Shown one piece after another: positions 9,398-20,572 of a DNA stretch of 64,000 nt. Within the stretch, counting starts at the first letter, position 1. Each line of letters begins with the position of its first letter. Below the pieces are notes generated by a model, which made no database searches, had not been told where the DNA came from, and saw nothing but the letters and a program-made list of their open reading frames with translations. Location: positions 55,692-119,691 of the forward strand of contig JBEAYU010000042.1 in assembly GCA_041170435.1 (NCBI GenBank). Direction: 5' to 3'. A program made the translations under genes and the position numbers. Source of the stretch: Bacteroidota bacterium (GTDB taxonomy: Bacteria > Bacteroidota > Ignavibacteria > Kapaibacteriales > Kapaibacteriaceae).

Positions 9398-11845
9398 ATG
9401 CTGCTCAAAGTGAAATACTATATCACTTGCCTTTTGGCGTGCGTTTACTTCCTAAACGCCGACCACGTCTGTGCTCAGGGCCGTGAACCGGACCTTTGGT
9501 GGAGCGGTATAGCGCCGAGGACGGTGTTTCATCATCCTTTATGGGGATATGTTGCACTCTTTGAATTCAATGGCCTCTATAGCGGTCAATCGCTGTCCGA
9601 TATGAAGCCGGTACTCCCGGAAGCAAACTGGGATCGAATCAAGGCTTTGCCGAACATGGCCATTCTTAGCAGTGGCGTTTGGGTGGTAGCTGGAGGAACA
9701 CCTCCACGGGAGACACCGGGCAGTATTTTTCGCTTCACACCGGGAAAGACACCCGAACTCCTCACCGGTGCCGACCTGGATTCATCAATTATACTTGGGG
9801 GCGGCATCGACTATGGCGTGATTTGTCGGTCCTTTGAGCCAGATGGTTTTGTCCTCAGTCGCCTGTATTCGACGAATAGTGGTGCCAGCTGGCACTACGG
9901 CCAGTGGCCAGACTCGGTGGAATCAGGATCGTGGGGCTTTGTCAATCGCCTGCCTGATCTGGGATTCGTAGCCTTAAACGAGCGAGATACGTCCTGGCAT
10001 CGATTGGAGTTGCCTTCGAAACGATGGCTGAAAACAAACCAGATTCCAGGGTCCTGCAGGGAGCTCACCCCGTTACGGAATGGCTCTGTCGTAGCAGTTG
10101 TGGAGACGAGTCGTGACGTCTACACTGGAGTCGCGGTACGACCAAGTGGCTCTCAAGAGTGGTCCTTTCATCGGGATGTGCGCATACGCAACATGAAGGA
10201 TTCCCTGCGTCCGATCTGGCGTTTAAGACAGGAACGAGAGCCAGTTTTTCACGTGATCAATGACTCACTCGCAGCTATGGCAATGGACAGCGGGATCATC
10301 GTTTTTTCTGATGGTCGGGATGTGTGGTCAGTGAAAATGGATATCCCGAAACAACTGCGATATGTTGGCAAGGTTAGGACATCTGTCAGTGTTGCAGGCG
10401 AAACGATCTACATGAGTTACACCGATGGCATGAGCCCTTCACACGTGACCTATCACGTTACGTCGGGCAAGACGAAGATTCTTTCACGACTCCCACCGAT
10501 GCAAATAGCCAACAACATGATCATTGGCTATCACTCGAACAGCCTGCGCATCTATGAACCTGAGGAAGATCTACTGCGTCCAATTCTCAGAGCACGCGGT
10601 GCCGGAGACGAACCGATTTTCCCATCATCATTTTCGTCGCTCGTGCCTCACGATGGGGCGATATACACCCGCAATCAAAACGGGGAGGTTCTGTCTGTGA
10701 ACATCCGAGATAGGACCGCACAATTTGTATCGTGGCTCCCTACGGATTTTCCGACAACATCCCGGGCGCAGCATGAGATTGGCTCCAAACCATGTGTGTC
10801 GACTCCTGCCGGGCTCATGCTGATCGGAAGTCGTGGACTTCGCCGCATGAATGGTCGGGTAGCAACGAACCTACGACCCGATAGTGCTTCTTTTGTCTAT
10901 GCAACCGATGATAAGATGTTACTCAGTGGATACAGGAGTCTGTTCATGTCGGTCGACTCCGGCGTAACGTGGAGGAGTGTACCCGGTCCGTTCGACAGCG
11001 CGAGTGTAAAACCAGCGATCTCGTCATGCATTGTCAACGGGCAGACGATGATCGTTGCCTTCCGTGGCTATGACGTAGAAACAGATGGGACTCCTGACGG
11101 GTATGTCCCGGGTGGACTGTATCGGTCGATTGATGGTGGGTCTGCATGGGAGGCATTGCCTCTGCCTGTGCCAGCGCGCTGGGTCGAGTCGCTCCATAGG
11201 TCCGAGTCCGGAGACTTGTGGTGTTGGGCCATCGATCAATATCTTGAAAGGTCGGGAACGAGTTCCAAGTTTCGTTACAACACCGGGACTCTTCTTCGAT
11301 CCGGCGACGATGGCAAGTCATGGCAGGTCGTGCATTCAGAGCTCGGTTCGCAAAAGCTGAAAGATCTCGCTCCCTGGAGCATCAGCTCGCTTGGTGGACG
11401 AGTTGTCGTCAATAGTGACGAGACAGTATTACTTACAGACAACGGCGGCAATACATGGAAATCGTTTAATGATATTCCACCCGGCACACCGATCACTGGA
11501 TCCGTGATCGATACCGCAGGACAGATATGGGCTGCGACGAATGACGGAATTTACATACTAGACGCAACGACACATGTCAATTCGGACTTGCTGAAAAACA
11601 CTTCGTCGATGGAACCGCGCGTATGGCCAAACCCATCTGATGGATCATTTACCCTAAGGTGGACCGCTCATCAGCAGAGCACCGTTCCTGCAGCGATCGA
11701 CGTCGTCGACAACCTTGGCCGGAGCGTCATGTATTCAATCAACCAGAACAGCATCACGCTGCTCAACGCGTCTGCCGGAATCTATTACCTGCGGTGGCGC
11801 ACAGGCTCCTCTGCCGGAGCGATTCCAGTGATGGTTCGCAAGTAG
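9398..11845 (+). CDS. Secreted BNR/Asp-box repeat protein with T9SS C-terminal sorting domain
   Basis: Signal peptide, then five Asp-box-like motifs (STNSGASW, SVDSGVTW, SIDGGSAW, SGDDGKSW, TDNGGNTW). The last ~75 aa (VWPNPSDGSFTL...GIYYLRW...VMVRK) look like a T9SS C-terminal domain. Confidence 0.75.
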   Translation: MLLKVKYYITCLLACVYFLNADHVCAQGREPDLWWSGIAPRTVFHHPLWGYVALFEFNGLYSGQSLSDMKPVLPEANWDRIKALPNMAILSSGVWVVAGGTPPRETPGSIFRFTPGKTPELLTGADLDSSIILGGGIDYGVICRSFEPDGFVLSRLYSTNSGASWHYGQWPDSVESGSWGFVNRLPDLGFVALNERDTSWHRLELPSKRWLKTNQIPGSCRELTPLRNGSVVAVVETSRDVYTGVAVRPSGSQEWSFHRDVRIRNMKDSLRPIWRLRQEREPVFHVINDSLAAMAMDSGIIVFSDGRDVWSVKMDIPKQLRYVGKVRTSVSVAGETIYMSYTDGMSPSHVTYHVTSGKTKILSRLPPMQIANNMIIGYHSNSLRIYEPEEDLLRPILRARGAGDEPIFPSSFSSLVPHDGAIYTRNQNGEVLSVNIRDRTAQFVSWLPTDFPTTSRAQHEIGSKPCVSTPAGLMLIGSRGLRRMNGRVATNLRPDSASFVYATDDKMLLSGYRSLFMSVDSGVTWRSVPGPFDSASVKPAISSCIVNGQTMIVAFRGYDVETDGTPDGYVPGGLYRSIDGGSAWEALPLPVPARWVESLHRSESGDLWCWAIDQYLERSGTSSKFRYNTGTLLRSGDDGKSWQVVHSELGSQKLKDLAPWSISSLGGRVVVNSDETVLLTDNGGNTWKSFNDIPPGTPITGSVIDTAGQIWAATNDGIYILDATTHVNSDLLKNTSSMEPRVWPNPSDGSFTLRWTAHQQSTVPAAIDVVDNLGRSVMYSINQNSITLLNASAGIYYLRWRTGSSAGAIPVMVRK

Positions 11846-11863
11846 CATCAGGATGACTCAGCA

Positions 11864-12382
11864 TCACCTCAGCTCGTTCACCGCCCGCTCTTCGGCTGGT
11901 ATGCGGATTCTTGTCAGGATGAGATAGTTGAGTGCCGTGGCGATGATGGCTGTGAGGTATGCCCCGACAAAAAGAGGGATGACGAAGAACTCAACGAGCA
12001 CGACAATGTAGTTCGGGTGCGAAACGTACTTGAAGGGTCCTGCCGTGACTCTTTCAGCACCGGGCACGACGATAATGCGCGTGTTCCACGCAGGCCCCAG
12101 TGTAGAGATTGTCCAGTACCGCATGACCTGGGCTAAAGAGATCACCCCGACAAAGAGCCACCACGGCTGCTGCATCTCGCCGCCGCGAAGAATATGTTCG
12201 CTGATCCAGCCGATGAACCACGACACGTGCAGAGCAACGATCAGCGGATAATGTCCGGCAGCATACTCGCGGCCACCACGGGCAAAGGCCAGACGCGCAT
12301 TGCGCTTGGCATGAACAAGCTCGGCAAGACGCTGCAAGGATAGAAGGACGAGCAGAACAATTGCGGCAACGTGCATGGTCAT
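11864..12382 (-). CDS. Isoprenylcysteine carboxyl methyltransferase (ICMT) family membrane methyltransferase, BpsB/SrsB-like
   Basis: The ORF was trimmed to the ATG at 12382, which overlaps the PKS stop (ATGA), giving 172 aa. It is multi-TM with the C-terminal HPNY motif (YVSHPNYIVVLVEFF). It sits immediately downstream of a type III PKS, as in bpsA-bpsB and srsA-srsB. Confidence 0.75.
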   Translation of the reverse strand: MTMHVAAIVLLVLLSLQRLAELVHAKRNARLAFARGGREYAAGHYPLIVALHVSWFIGWISEHILRGGEMQQPWWLFVGVISLAQVMRYWTISTLGPAWNTRIIVVPGAERVTAGPFKYVSHPNYIVVLVEFFVIPLFVGAYLTAIIATALNYLILTRIRIPAEERAVNELR

Positions 12383-13425
12383 TCCACAGAGTTGCGCAGC
12401 AAAACGAGCTCGGAGCTGAAGCCCGGTCCGAGCGCAGCCATCAACGAATACCGCTGCCGAGGGGCTGCTGAGCGCAACCACTGCTCGAGAACGAAGAGCA
12501 CACTCGCACTCGACATGTTCCCAAAGTTGCGCAGGACCGTGCGGGCCATGTCGAAGGTTTCGGCCGGCAGACCCGTGGCCTGCGAATAGGCCTCGAGGAC
12601 CTTCGAGCCCCCTGGATGCGCTATCACGTCACGAACGTCGCTGCGCTCAATGTTCCATGCCCTGCAGGCACTATCGAGCACCTGCGGGATATTCTCACGG
12701 ACGAAGGTTGGAATATCGCGGGAGAACCTCACGGCCAACCCATTATCGGTCACATCCCAGCCCATGATGTCATGCGTGTCGGGAAAGAGCGTGCTGTGAC
12801 TGTCAACGATCTGTGGGCCGCCCCCTTCCCCACCGATGAGCACCGCGGCAGCCCCATCACCGAAGATCGAACTGGCCACGATGTTGGACTTGCGAGTATC
12901 TGACTGACGAAAGGTCACACTGCAGATCTCGACGGCCACCAAGAGAACGAATGCACCTCCGAGAGCGCGAGACAACTCTGCAGCTCGAGCCACACCCGAC
13001 ACTCCGCCGGCGCAACCAAGACCAAAGATCGGCAGTCGCTTGGTGGTGGACGGCAGAGCAAGGCGCTGGATCAGTGCAGCATCGAGTGACGGTGTCATCA
13101 CGCCCGTGGAGCTGACCACCACGACCGCTCGAACCTTGTCGATATCAGCTCCGGCCGCATTGCGTGCTGCCACTTCAGCAAGGTCCAATGCTGACTGGGC
13201 AAACACCGCATTGGTCTCACCAAAGCCATGATCGCTCTCATACCACTCGGGTGGTCGCACGAAGTATCGTCTGTGAATGTGGTCGTGCTCGAACACGCGA
13301 AGAAGGCGATCAAGATCGGTCACTCGTTCGCCAAAGACGCGTTCGACAATGCGCCGAACGATCGACTGGTCCACCGCATGCTCCGGCACGGCCGTCGCGA
13401 CATTCAACAGTCGGATCATGCTCAT
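12379..13425 (-). CDS. Type III polyketide synthase (chalcone synthase superfamily)
   Basis: 348 aa with the Cys-His-Asn triad contexts present: [37 protein letters not shown]. Confidence 0.9.
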   Translation of the reverse strand: MSMIRLLNVATAVPEHAVDQSIVRRIVERVFGERVTDLDRLLRVFEHDHIHRRYFVRPPEWYESDHGFGETNAVFAQSALDLAEVAARNAAGADIDKVRAVVVVSSTGVMTPSLDAALIQRLALPSTTKRLPIFGLGCAGGVSGVARAAELSRALGGAFVLLVAVEICSVTFRQSDTRKSNIVASSIFGDGAAAVLIGGEGGGPQIVDSHSTLFPDTHDIMGWDVTDNGLAVRFSRDIPTFVRENIPQVLDSACRAWNIERSDVRDVIAHPGGSKVLEAYSQATGLPAETFDMARTVLRNFGNMSSASVLFVLEQWLRSAAPRQRYSLMAALGPGFSSELVLLRNSVE

Positions 13426-14222
13426 GACCGTATCGTGTCCGGATCGACCTCGGGACTGTCACACGTGTTGCGGAAGACTAGCTGTGAGAGGCGCTTTCGA
13501 TGCGCACTACTCCAGTCAATGCGCGGCCGCTGCCGGTCGGGCGGCAAATAGCCAAGTCGGTATACTGCCATGAGCTCCATGTCGTCAGGAACCTTCATGA
13601 TACGCTTCAGCTCTTGCCAGGCCTCCGGGATCTCCATCGGAGTCGAGACAAACTGAATTCCCATGCCCAACTCCGTCGTCATGAGCCAAATGTGTTCAAT
13701 GGCCATGCCGAGTGATAGCGTGCAGTAGAAGCCACTGAGTTCGCCCGGACGATACTCGTCCTTGCTGAGTAATGCGGCAAGAAGAAGAGGACTTCCTTCA
13801 ATAAGCTTACGATTGTCTTCACCCAGCATCTTGGCCACGCCCAGCTTTGAGAGCACATTCATGACGCTGTCTGAAAACACCTGCTTGATGAAGGGGCGAA
13901 GCGCAATAGGCATCTGATCGATAAAGATGCCATCCCGCCGTTCATCCATCTCCTTTTCACTGAAACGGAAGTACTTGCGATAGCGCGTAAAGAACGTGCC
14001 ACCCTCGATTAGCTGCGTCATGGTGCTGCCACCAATCTCAGCGATTCGCGTGCGAATCGCCGGATCGTCAATGAGCACGAAGCGCCATGGTTGGGAGTTG
14101 AAATGACTCGGAGCTCTCTCCGCAGCTTGGATCAGCATGTGCTGATGTTCAAGACTGACGGGACCGGGATCAAAGGCACCGTTCGTCGTCTTCCGAGATT
14201 GAATCGCCTCCCAAAGGGTCAT
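13422..14222 (-). CDS. Nitroreductase-family flavoprotein
   Basis: The N-terminus ([15 protein letters not shown]...[17 protein letters not shown]) is typical of the nitroreductase fold. It shares 4-nt overlaps with both neighbours. Confidence 0.75.
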   Translation of the reverse strand: MTLWEAIQSRKTTNGAFDPGPVSLEHQHMLIQAAERAPSHFNSQPWRFVLIDDPAIRTRIAEIGGSTMTQLIEGGTFFTRYRKYFRFSEKEMDERRDGIFIDQMPIALRPFIKQVFSDSVMNVLSKLGVAKMLGEDNRKLIEGSPLLLAALLSKDEYRPGELSGFYCTLSLGMAIEHIWLMTTELGMGIQFVSTPMEIPEAWQELKRIMKVPDDMELMAVYRLGYLPPDRQRPRIDWSSAHRKRLSQLVFRNTCDSPEVDPDTIRS

Positions 14223-16015
14223 TCGCCTTGCTCGTAAAGTGAATCGACAACATCCGCATAACGTTCAAGAACAGCTTTTCGCTTAACCTTCAATGTCGGC
14301 GTGAGCATGCCGTTCTCGACGCTGAATGACTCAGGAATGATGGCAAAGCGTCGAACCTTCTCAAACTTTGATAGATCGCGCTGCAGCTTGTTGATCTCTT
14401 TCTCAACCGTTGAGCGCAACGAGGGATTGCCGACTAATTCTTCCCACTCGGTTGCAACAATGGCGTTCTTCTCCGCCCATGCTTTGGCAGCTTCTTTGTC
14501 CAACACAAGAAGTGCCGTGCAGTATTCGCGCGCATCGCCAACGAGCATCACTTGATCCACAAATGGACACTGCGCGATGAGCGCCTCGATCGGCTGGGGA
14601 GCAATGTTCTTGCCGCCGGAAGACACAAGAAGGTGCTTCTTACGGTCAGTGATGCGGAGGTGCCCCTTATCATTGAACTCTCCAATATCACCTGTATGCA
14701 ACCACCCTTCGGGGTCGATGCTCTTGGCTGTCTCTTCCTCATTACGCCAGTAGCCACGCATGATGTTCGGGCCGCGGGCAAGGATCTCACCGTCATCGGC
14801 GATCTTGACCTCGACACCGGGAATTGGTGTACCAACCGTGCCAAGTGCGATGTCTTCGAGCCTATGGACGCTGATAACCGGTGAAGACTCGGTCAGTCCA
14901 TAACCTTCGACGATCTTGATGCCGAAGACCTGGAAGAAACGGCCAATCTCGGGATTGAGCGCTGCTCCACCTGAGACGAAGAACCGCAAACGTCCACCAA
15001 ATCGATCACGGATCTTTGAGAACACCAGCTTGTCTGCCAGCGCATGTTGAAGTCCTACAAGCGGCCCACCCTTGCCATCAATGACCGCCTCGCCAACCGA
15101 GTAGGCCCAGCGGAAGATCTTCTGCTTGATGGGCTTGTCCTTCTCCACCGTACTGAGGATGCGCAAGCGAATACGCTCGAAGAGTCGCGGCACGGACGTC
15201 ATCATCGTCGGACGAACCTGACGCATCAGTTCCGCCACCGTCTCGATGGACTCTGCGATCGTCAGCGAGCCCCCTACCGAAAAGGCGAGGTAAAATCCTG
15301 CCATGCGCTCGAAAATGTGGCAAAGGGGCAGGTATGACACGAGAGAGTCGGTATCGTAAAGAGTGATGACCGTCTGCGAGGAGAGAACATTCGAGACAAG
15401 GTTGTTATGCGTGAGCATCACGCCCTTGGGATTCCCTGTCGTGCCGCTGGTATAGATCAGCGTTAACAGATCATCAGGCTTGATCTGGGCAGCAGTCGAC
15501 ACATATAGATCACACCGATGCTGCGCCGTCGTTGTGCTCTCGGCCTTCTGCATCAAGGCCTTCATCGATATCACGCGCTCGTCGTCGCACTCAATCTCAT
15601 TCATCGTGACGATGTGACGAAGCATTGGAAGATCGTCCCATACCTGACGGAGCTTGTTGAGCTGCAACTGATTTGAGACGACCACGCAGACAGCATCACA
15701 GTCATGATAAATGTATTGGAGCTGCTTCGGCGTCAGCGTCGGAAACACCGGCACATCAATGATGCCAAGGCCAGTCATGGCGAAGTCCGAAATGAACCAC
15801 TCGGTGCGGTTCTCGCTGATGATGCCCACTCGATCACCCTTTCGGATGCCAAGATCATGCAGGCCAGCAGCAAGCAGTTCGACGCTGCTGCGAAGCTGAT
15901 CATGAGTGATCGACTTCCACTCGCCGGACACACGTTCCGTGTATGGATACTTGTCTGTTCGCCCTTGATAGCGATCACAGACCTTCATGAACATGTCGGG
16001 TATCGTTGTGAACAT
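14219..16015 (-). CDS. Long-chain fatty acid-CoA ligase (AMP-dependent synthetase, FadD-like)
   Basis: AMP-binding motifs [32 protein letters not shown] and [19 protein letters not shown]. The start was trimmed to the MFTTIPDMF codon at 16015 to avoid overlapping the upstream gene. Confidence 0.88.
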   Translation of the reverse strand: MFTTIPDMFMKVCDRYQGRTDKYPYTERVSGEWKSITHDQLRSSVELLAAGLHDLGIRKGDRVGIISENRTEWFISDFAMTGLGIIDVPVFPTLTPKQLQYIYHDCDAVCVVVSNQLQLNKLRQVWDDLPMLRHIVTMNEIECDDERVISMKALMQKAESTTTAQHRCDLYVSTAAQIKPDDLLTLIYTSGTTGNPKGVMLTHNNLVSNVLSSQTVITLYDTDSLVSYLPLCHIFERMAGFYLAFSVGGSLTIAESIETVAELMRQVRPTMMTSVPRLFERIRLRILSTVEKDKPIKQKIFRWAYSVGEAVIDGKGGPLVGLQHALADKLVFSKIRDRFGGRLRFFVSGGAALNPEIGRFFQVFGIKIVEGYGLTESSPVISVHRLEDIALGTVGTPIPGVEVKIADDGEILARGPNIMRGYWRNEEETAKSIDPEGWLHTGDIGEFNDKGHLRITDRKKHLLVSSGGKNIAPQPIEALIAQCPFVDQVMLVGDAREYCTALLVLDKEAAKAWAEKNAIVATEWEELVGNPSLRSTVEKEINKLQRDLSKFEKVRRFAIIPESFSVENGMLTPTLKVKRKAVLERYADVVDSLYEQGE

Positions 16016-16058
16016 GTCGTTGATCTCCCCAGAGAAACAAATGATCGGAAATATGCAA

Positions 16059-17993
16059 CTAGTCGGTGAAAGACCAGTCAACACTCAGGCGGAAAACACG
16101 AGATAACTCTGGAGCATTCAATACCGTGTACCATGGATTACCAAGAATATTCTCATACGAGGCACGGACGCTGGCATTTCCCACGAGTGCCGTCAGGTAC
16201 ACCGACAGTCCATCGATCTGGGAGGGGGCCTGCCCCACCCCCTGACGGAAGGACCAGACAAGGGGCTCGTACGACGGCAACCGAGACGCCGGAAGCCAAG
16301 AACCCACTAGACCTATTCGAACACTGTTGGAAGGCGTACGGAACACATACGCCACATCGGCATCGAACATCGTAAATGACGACGCTATAGTATCTTCGGC
16401 ACCAAGTTGTTGCTCCATGCGCACACGCGTGCGAAGCTCGATATTGCCCCACGGGAGGAACGACTGAAGACCGGCTCCGATGAGGCGACGTTCACCGCCA
16501 GGTACAAAGGTGATCAGCGGCGATCCACTCCCGGGAAGCATATCGATGGCGTTCGCGATCGTGCGGTGATAGGCACGTAATCGCAACAGTTCTCCCGGAA
16601 GCCACAGATCGACGACAGCCAGTGTATGCTGCTCCGGCTGGCTCACGAACTGCCGTTGAACCGGAGTGGGCTCCTGCGTGTAGGAGGATAGATCGACGCG
16701 CGCCGTGAATGCTTGGGTAGCATAGGTCGCCCCTCCTCCGAGGGCGACCCTCTGCTGGGCCAATACTGTATGAGACCTGGCAGCGAGCCGGAGAAGCAGC
16801 GCTCCCAGCCGATACTCGCCATGCGCAAAAATGTCTGCCTGCAGGTCTGATAGCTCCGGACTGCGCGTTGTGGAGTCGAACGATCGTGACTGCAGGTGAG
16901 CTCCGAATCGGACCCTCAAGCTTCCGAGACGCTGATCGAAACGTCCAACAAGACCCGTGTGCTGTCCGTCAGCGTGGAGAACGCCGAGCGTGTCACTTGG
17001 TTGCACGGCCAGGCCAACACCCTGCAGCCGATGCAGAGTCTGACCGCTGACGTATCCCTGAAGCGTCAGCACGGATGTTGAATCCTGTGCCAACTTTCGG
17101 TGATAGGTGGCTGTCAGATCATGACGACGGGTCTGCTCCTCCAACGCGTCTGGGCCATCGTAGCGAACCGTAGCGAGTTGATCCACCGCCGATGATGTGC
17201 CACTTGGATCAAGTCCACCCCAGATCTGCGTCGTCAGCGTCGTCAGCCCATAGCGAACCAGAAGACTCTGCCTCTCATCCACCGTCCACCTGGCCGTAAG
17301 ATCAACGTTCCACATGCCAAAGTCCGTGCGCTGGTACCGACCGCGCGCACCGGAGCGACGGATGCTTGCCGCAACATTCAATCCTGGAGCGACATTTTGT
17401 GCGAACGTAACATTGGCCGCGACGAGGTCTCCTGCACCTTGATGGTACCACATACTCATGAAGGGAGTGGCCGTGTTGTACACCACCGACTGGAGGTTGT
17501 AGAGCGAGGCCGTAGCTGTTGGGGCCAGTCCAATTGCATCGCTTCCATAGAGGAACTCGATGCGCTCGATGGTCGAAGGGGGCTGCTGCAGCAGATTGAA
17601 TTGTCCTGACCACAGGTCCAGCAGCGGACGTGCATCAAGCCCGATCGATAGGTGCTGGGGACCCCCTCCCAGAACCGAGATGGCATCGTACTGTCCGAAG
17701 CCACCGTTGCGCATTGGCAGAAACATCGACGATGTGCGTAACAAATCGCCGAGGCTTTCAAACTGATACAAACGAATCCGCTGCTTCGTGAGGATATCTG
17801 CACGAGCTGCATCGCCGGTATCAGCCAGCGCTCCAACTGCACGATCAGGAAGGCGCAGACTATCGGTCTGCGCGCTGACCGGATGCAGCATAGAGAGTGT
17901 CAGCAGCACCATAAACGAACAACACCAGATCCGACGAGGTCGTCCCTGGTGTTGCATCGTTGATGTGATGTACTTCATGTTCAGCCGGCTCAC
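16059..17993 (-). CDS. TonB-dependent receptor-like outer-membrane beta-barrel protein
   Basis: Signal peptide (..MVLLTLSMLHPVSAQ), plug-like segment (IERIEFLYGSDAIGL) and a long strand-rich C-terminal region. At 644 aa it is short for the family. Confidence 0.6.
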   Translation of the reverse strand: MSRLNMKYITSTMQHQGRPRRIWCCSFMVLLTLSMLHPVSAQTDSLRLPDRAVGALADTGDAARADILTKQRIRLYQFESLGDLLRTSSMFLPMRNGGFGQYDAISVLGGGPQHLSIGLDARPLLDLWSGQFNLLQQPPSTIERIEFLYGSDAIGLAPTATASLYNLQSVVYNTATPFMSMWYHQGAGDLVAANVTFAQNVAPGLNVAASIRRSGARGRYQRTDFGMWNVDLTARWTVDERQSLLVRYGLTTLTTQIWGGLDPSGTSSAVDQLATVRYDGPDALEEQTRRHDLTATYHRKLAQDSTSVLTLQGYVSGQTLHRLQGVGLAVQPSDTLGVLHADGQHTGLVGRFDQRLGSLRVRFGAHLQSRSFDSTTRSPELSDLQADIFAHGEYRLGALLLRLAARSHTVLAQQRVALGGGATYATQAFTARVDLSSYTQEPTPVQRQFVSQPEQHTLAVVDLWLPGELLRLRAYHRTIANAIDMLPGSGSPLITFVPGGERRLIGAGLQSFLPWGNIELRTRVRMEQQLGAEDTIASSFTMFDADVAYVFRTPSNSVRIGLVGSWLPASRLPSYEPLVWSFRQGVGQAPSQIDGLSVYLTALVGNASVRASYENILGNPWYTVLNAPELSRVFRLSVDWSFTD

Positions 17994-18018
17994 CCGCGCC
18001 AGATTGCCGCGTCAGTGA

Positions 18019-20490
18019 TCACGATTCGGATTCTGCCATGGGCTCGTCGGTCGACGCTTCCTCATCACGGCTGACCGTTGTGATGTCAGCAATTCCGTCC
18101 CCTTCCTCAAGGCGAATGAGCTTGACACCTTGAGCGTTGCGGCCAAGCTGACGAACATCTTTGACGGGCTGGCGGATCAGAATGCCGTTGGTTGTGATGA
18201 CCACAAGATCCTCACTATCACTGACCTCCAGGATGGCGCAGATGTTGCCGGTCTTCTCCGTCATGTTCATTGCGATCACACCCTTGGCACCACGTTTGGT
18301 CTTGCGGAAGTCCTCCACAAGCGTCCGCTTGCCCACGCCACGTTCGCCGACAATGATGACCTGTGCATCTGCACGCCTGACGGCGGTCAGCGAGATCACG
18401 TGATGGTCATCCAGCAGAGCGATGCCACGAACTCCGGCGGCAGCGCGGCCCATCGGACGAACATCCGACTCGTGGAAACGCACAGCCAGTCCGTTCGATG
18501 CGCCAATGAGGATCTCCATCGTGCCATCGGTGAGACGTGCCCCGATCAGGCGATCATCGTCATCCAGATTGACGGCAATGATTCCATTCGAGCGGACATT
18601 GGCAAAGTCCTTCAGGGCCGTCTTCTTGACGGTTCCGTTGCGCGTGGCCATGAAGATGAAGACGTCGTCACGGTCAAAATCCGTCACCGATAGATACGCT
18701 GTCACCTTCTCATCGGCCTGCTTCTGAATGACATTCGCCAGCGAGCGGCCTTTGGCAGTCCTCGATCCTTCGGGAATGTCGTACACCTTTTGACGGTACA
18801 CGCGCCCCCTGTCAGTGAAGAACAGCATGTAATGGTGCGTCGAAGCACGGAAGACGTGCTCTACCCAGTCATCATCATACGTTCCGGAACCGGAGACTCC
18901 CCTGCCACCACGGTGCTGACGTCGGTAGTTCGTCACGGCCGTGCGCTTGATGAAGCCATTATGAGAGATGGAAACGATCACCTCTTCATTGGCGATCATA
19001 TCCTCAAGTGTGAAATCCTTGGCGTCGTACACCACCTGCGTGCGCCGCTCATCCCCGTACTTGGCGACGAGATCCTTCAGTTCCGTCGAGATGATCTGCA
19101 TCTGCAGGTCCTTACTGGCAAGCACCGAGCGCAAGTGTTCGATCGTTTTGATCAGCTCGGCATATTCGGTTTGGATCTTCTCACGCTCAAGTCCCGTGAG
19201 GCGCTGCAGGCGCATGTCCAGGATCGCCTTTGCCTGAATTTCGGACAAACCGAATCGCTCCTGCAATCTGGTCGATGCCGTCGGAACGTCCTTTGACTCC
19301 TTGATGGTCTTGATCACCGCGTCGATGTTGTCGAGCGCAATGATGAAGCCCTCCAAGATGTGCGCACGCTTTTCAGCGGCATCGAGGTCGAATTGGGTGC
19401 GACGCACGATGACTTCGTTACGATGCTTGAGGAACTCTTCCATGAGTTCCTTGATCGTCAGGATGCGCGGCCGTCCATTCACGAGCGCCAGCATGATCAC
19501 ACCAAAGGTGACCTGCATCTGCGTGTGCTTGTAGAGGTTGTTCAGGACAACCATCGGGACGGCGTCTCGCTTGAGTTCGATGACAACCCGCAAACCATCA
19601 CGGTCCGACTCATCTCGGATGTCGGAGATGTCTTCGAGTGACTTTGCCTTCACGAGGTCGGCGATCTTCTCGATCAGACCGGCCTTTGATACCTGGTACG
19701 GCAGCTCGGAGATCACGATCGATTCTCTGCCCTGCTTGTTGGTCTCGATACTGGCCTTTGCCCGGACAAGGATCTTTCCACGACCAGTCGTGTAGGCGCT
19801 ACGTACTCCTTCGTACCCGTAGATGATACCACCCGTCGGGAAATCCGGTGCCGTGACGTACTTCAGAAGCTCCTGATTGGTGATCTCCGGTTCGGCAATG
19901 ACGGCCTGGATACCGGCGACGATCTCTCGGAGATTGTGCGGCGGAATGTTGGTGGCCATACCGACGGCGATGCCGTTCGCGCCATTGACAAGTAGCGTCG
20001 GCAGCACGGCCGGAAGAACAGATGGTTCCTCGAGTGAATCGTCGAAATTCGGACGAAAGTCAACCGTGTTCTTGTCGATATCCCGCATGATCTCCATGGC
20101 AAGACCTGCCATGCGCGTTTCCGTGTAACGCATGGCTGCCGGAGAATCGCCATCGATCGATCCGAAGTTGCCCTGTCCGTCCACGAGCGTGTAGCGCATG
20201 GACCATGTCTGAGCAAGTCGAACCATTGCATCGTACACCGCCGAGTCGCCGTGTGGGTGGTACTTACCAAGCACTTCACCAACAATACGTGCACTCTTCT
20301 TGTACGGCCGGTTCGGCATCATGCCGAGTTCGTACATAGCGTAGAGAATTCTTCGGTGCACAGGCTTCATTCCATCTCGCACGTCCGGAAGAGCTCTCGA
20401 AACGATCACCGACATGGAGTAGTCGAGATACGAATCACGCATCTCATCCTCCATGAGGACGGTCATGATCCGTTCATTCAAAAGTGCCAT
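18019..20490 (-). CDS. gyrA: DNA gyrase subunit A
   Basis: [34 protein letters not shown], the active-site region AAMRYTE and C-terminal beta-pinwheel repeats; 823 aa. Confidence 0.97.
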   Translation of the reverse strand: MALLNERIMTVLMEDEMRDSYLDYSMSVIVSRALPDVRDGMKPVHRRILYAMYELGMMPNRPYKKSARIVGEVLGKYHPHGDSAVYDAMVRLAQTWSMRYTLVDGQGNFGSIDGDSPAAMRYTETRMAGLAMEIMRDIDKNTVDFRPNFDDSLEEPSVLPAVLPTLLVNGANGIAVGMATNIPPHNLREIVAGIQAVIAEPEITNQELLKYVTAPDFPTGGIIYGYEGVRSAYTTGRGKILVRAKASIETNKQGRESIVISELPYQVSKAGLIEKIADLVKAKSLEDISDIRDESDRDGLRVVIELKRDAVPMVVLNNLYKHTQMQVTFGVIMLALVNGRPRILTIKELMEEFLKHRNEVIVRRTQFDLDAAEKRAHILEGFIIALDNIDAVIKTIKESKDVPTASTRLQERFGLSEIQAKAILDMRLQRLTGLEREKIQTEYAELIKTIEHLRSVLASKDLQMQIISTELKDLVAKYGDERRTQVVYDAKDFTLEDMIANEEVIVSISHNGFIKRTAVTNYRRQHRGGRGVSGSGTYDDDWVEHVFRASTHHYMLFFTDRGRVYRQKVYDIPEGSRTAKGRSLANVIQKQADEKVTAYLSVTDFDRDDVFIFMATRNGTVKKTALKDFANVRSNGIIAVNLDDDDRLIGARLTDGTMEILIGASNGLAVRFHESDVRPMGRAAAGVRGIALLDDHHVISLTAVRRADAQVIIVGERGVGKRTLVEDFRKTKRGAKGVIAMNMTEKTGNICAILEVSDSEDLVVITTNGILIRQPVKDVRQLGRNAQGVKLIRLEEGDGIADITTVSRDEEASTDEPMAESES

Positions 20491-20572
20491 ATCCCCCTAG
20501 AAAAATAGCGGTTTGCGAATGCATCAAAATTACGAAATGAGGGGCATCGCAGGGGGCCTGTAAGCCCCTTCC

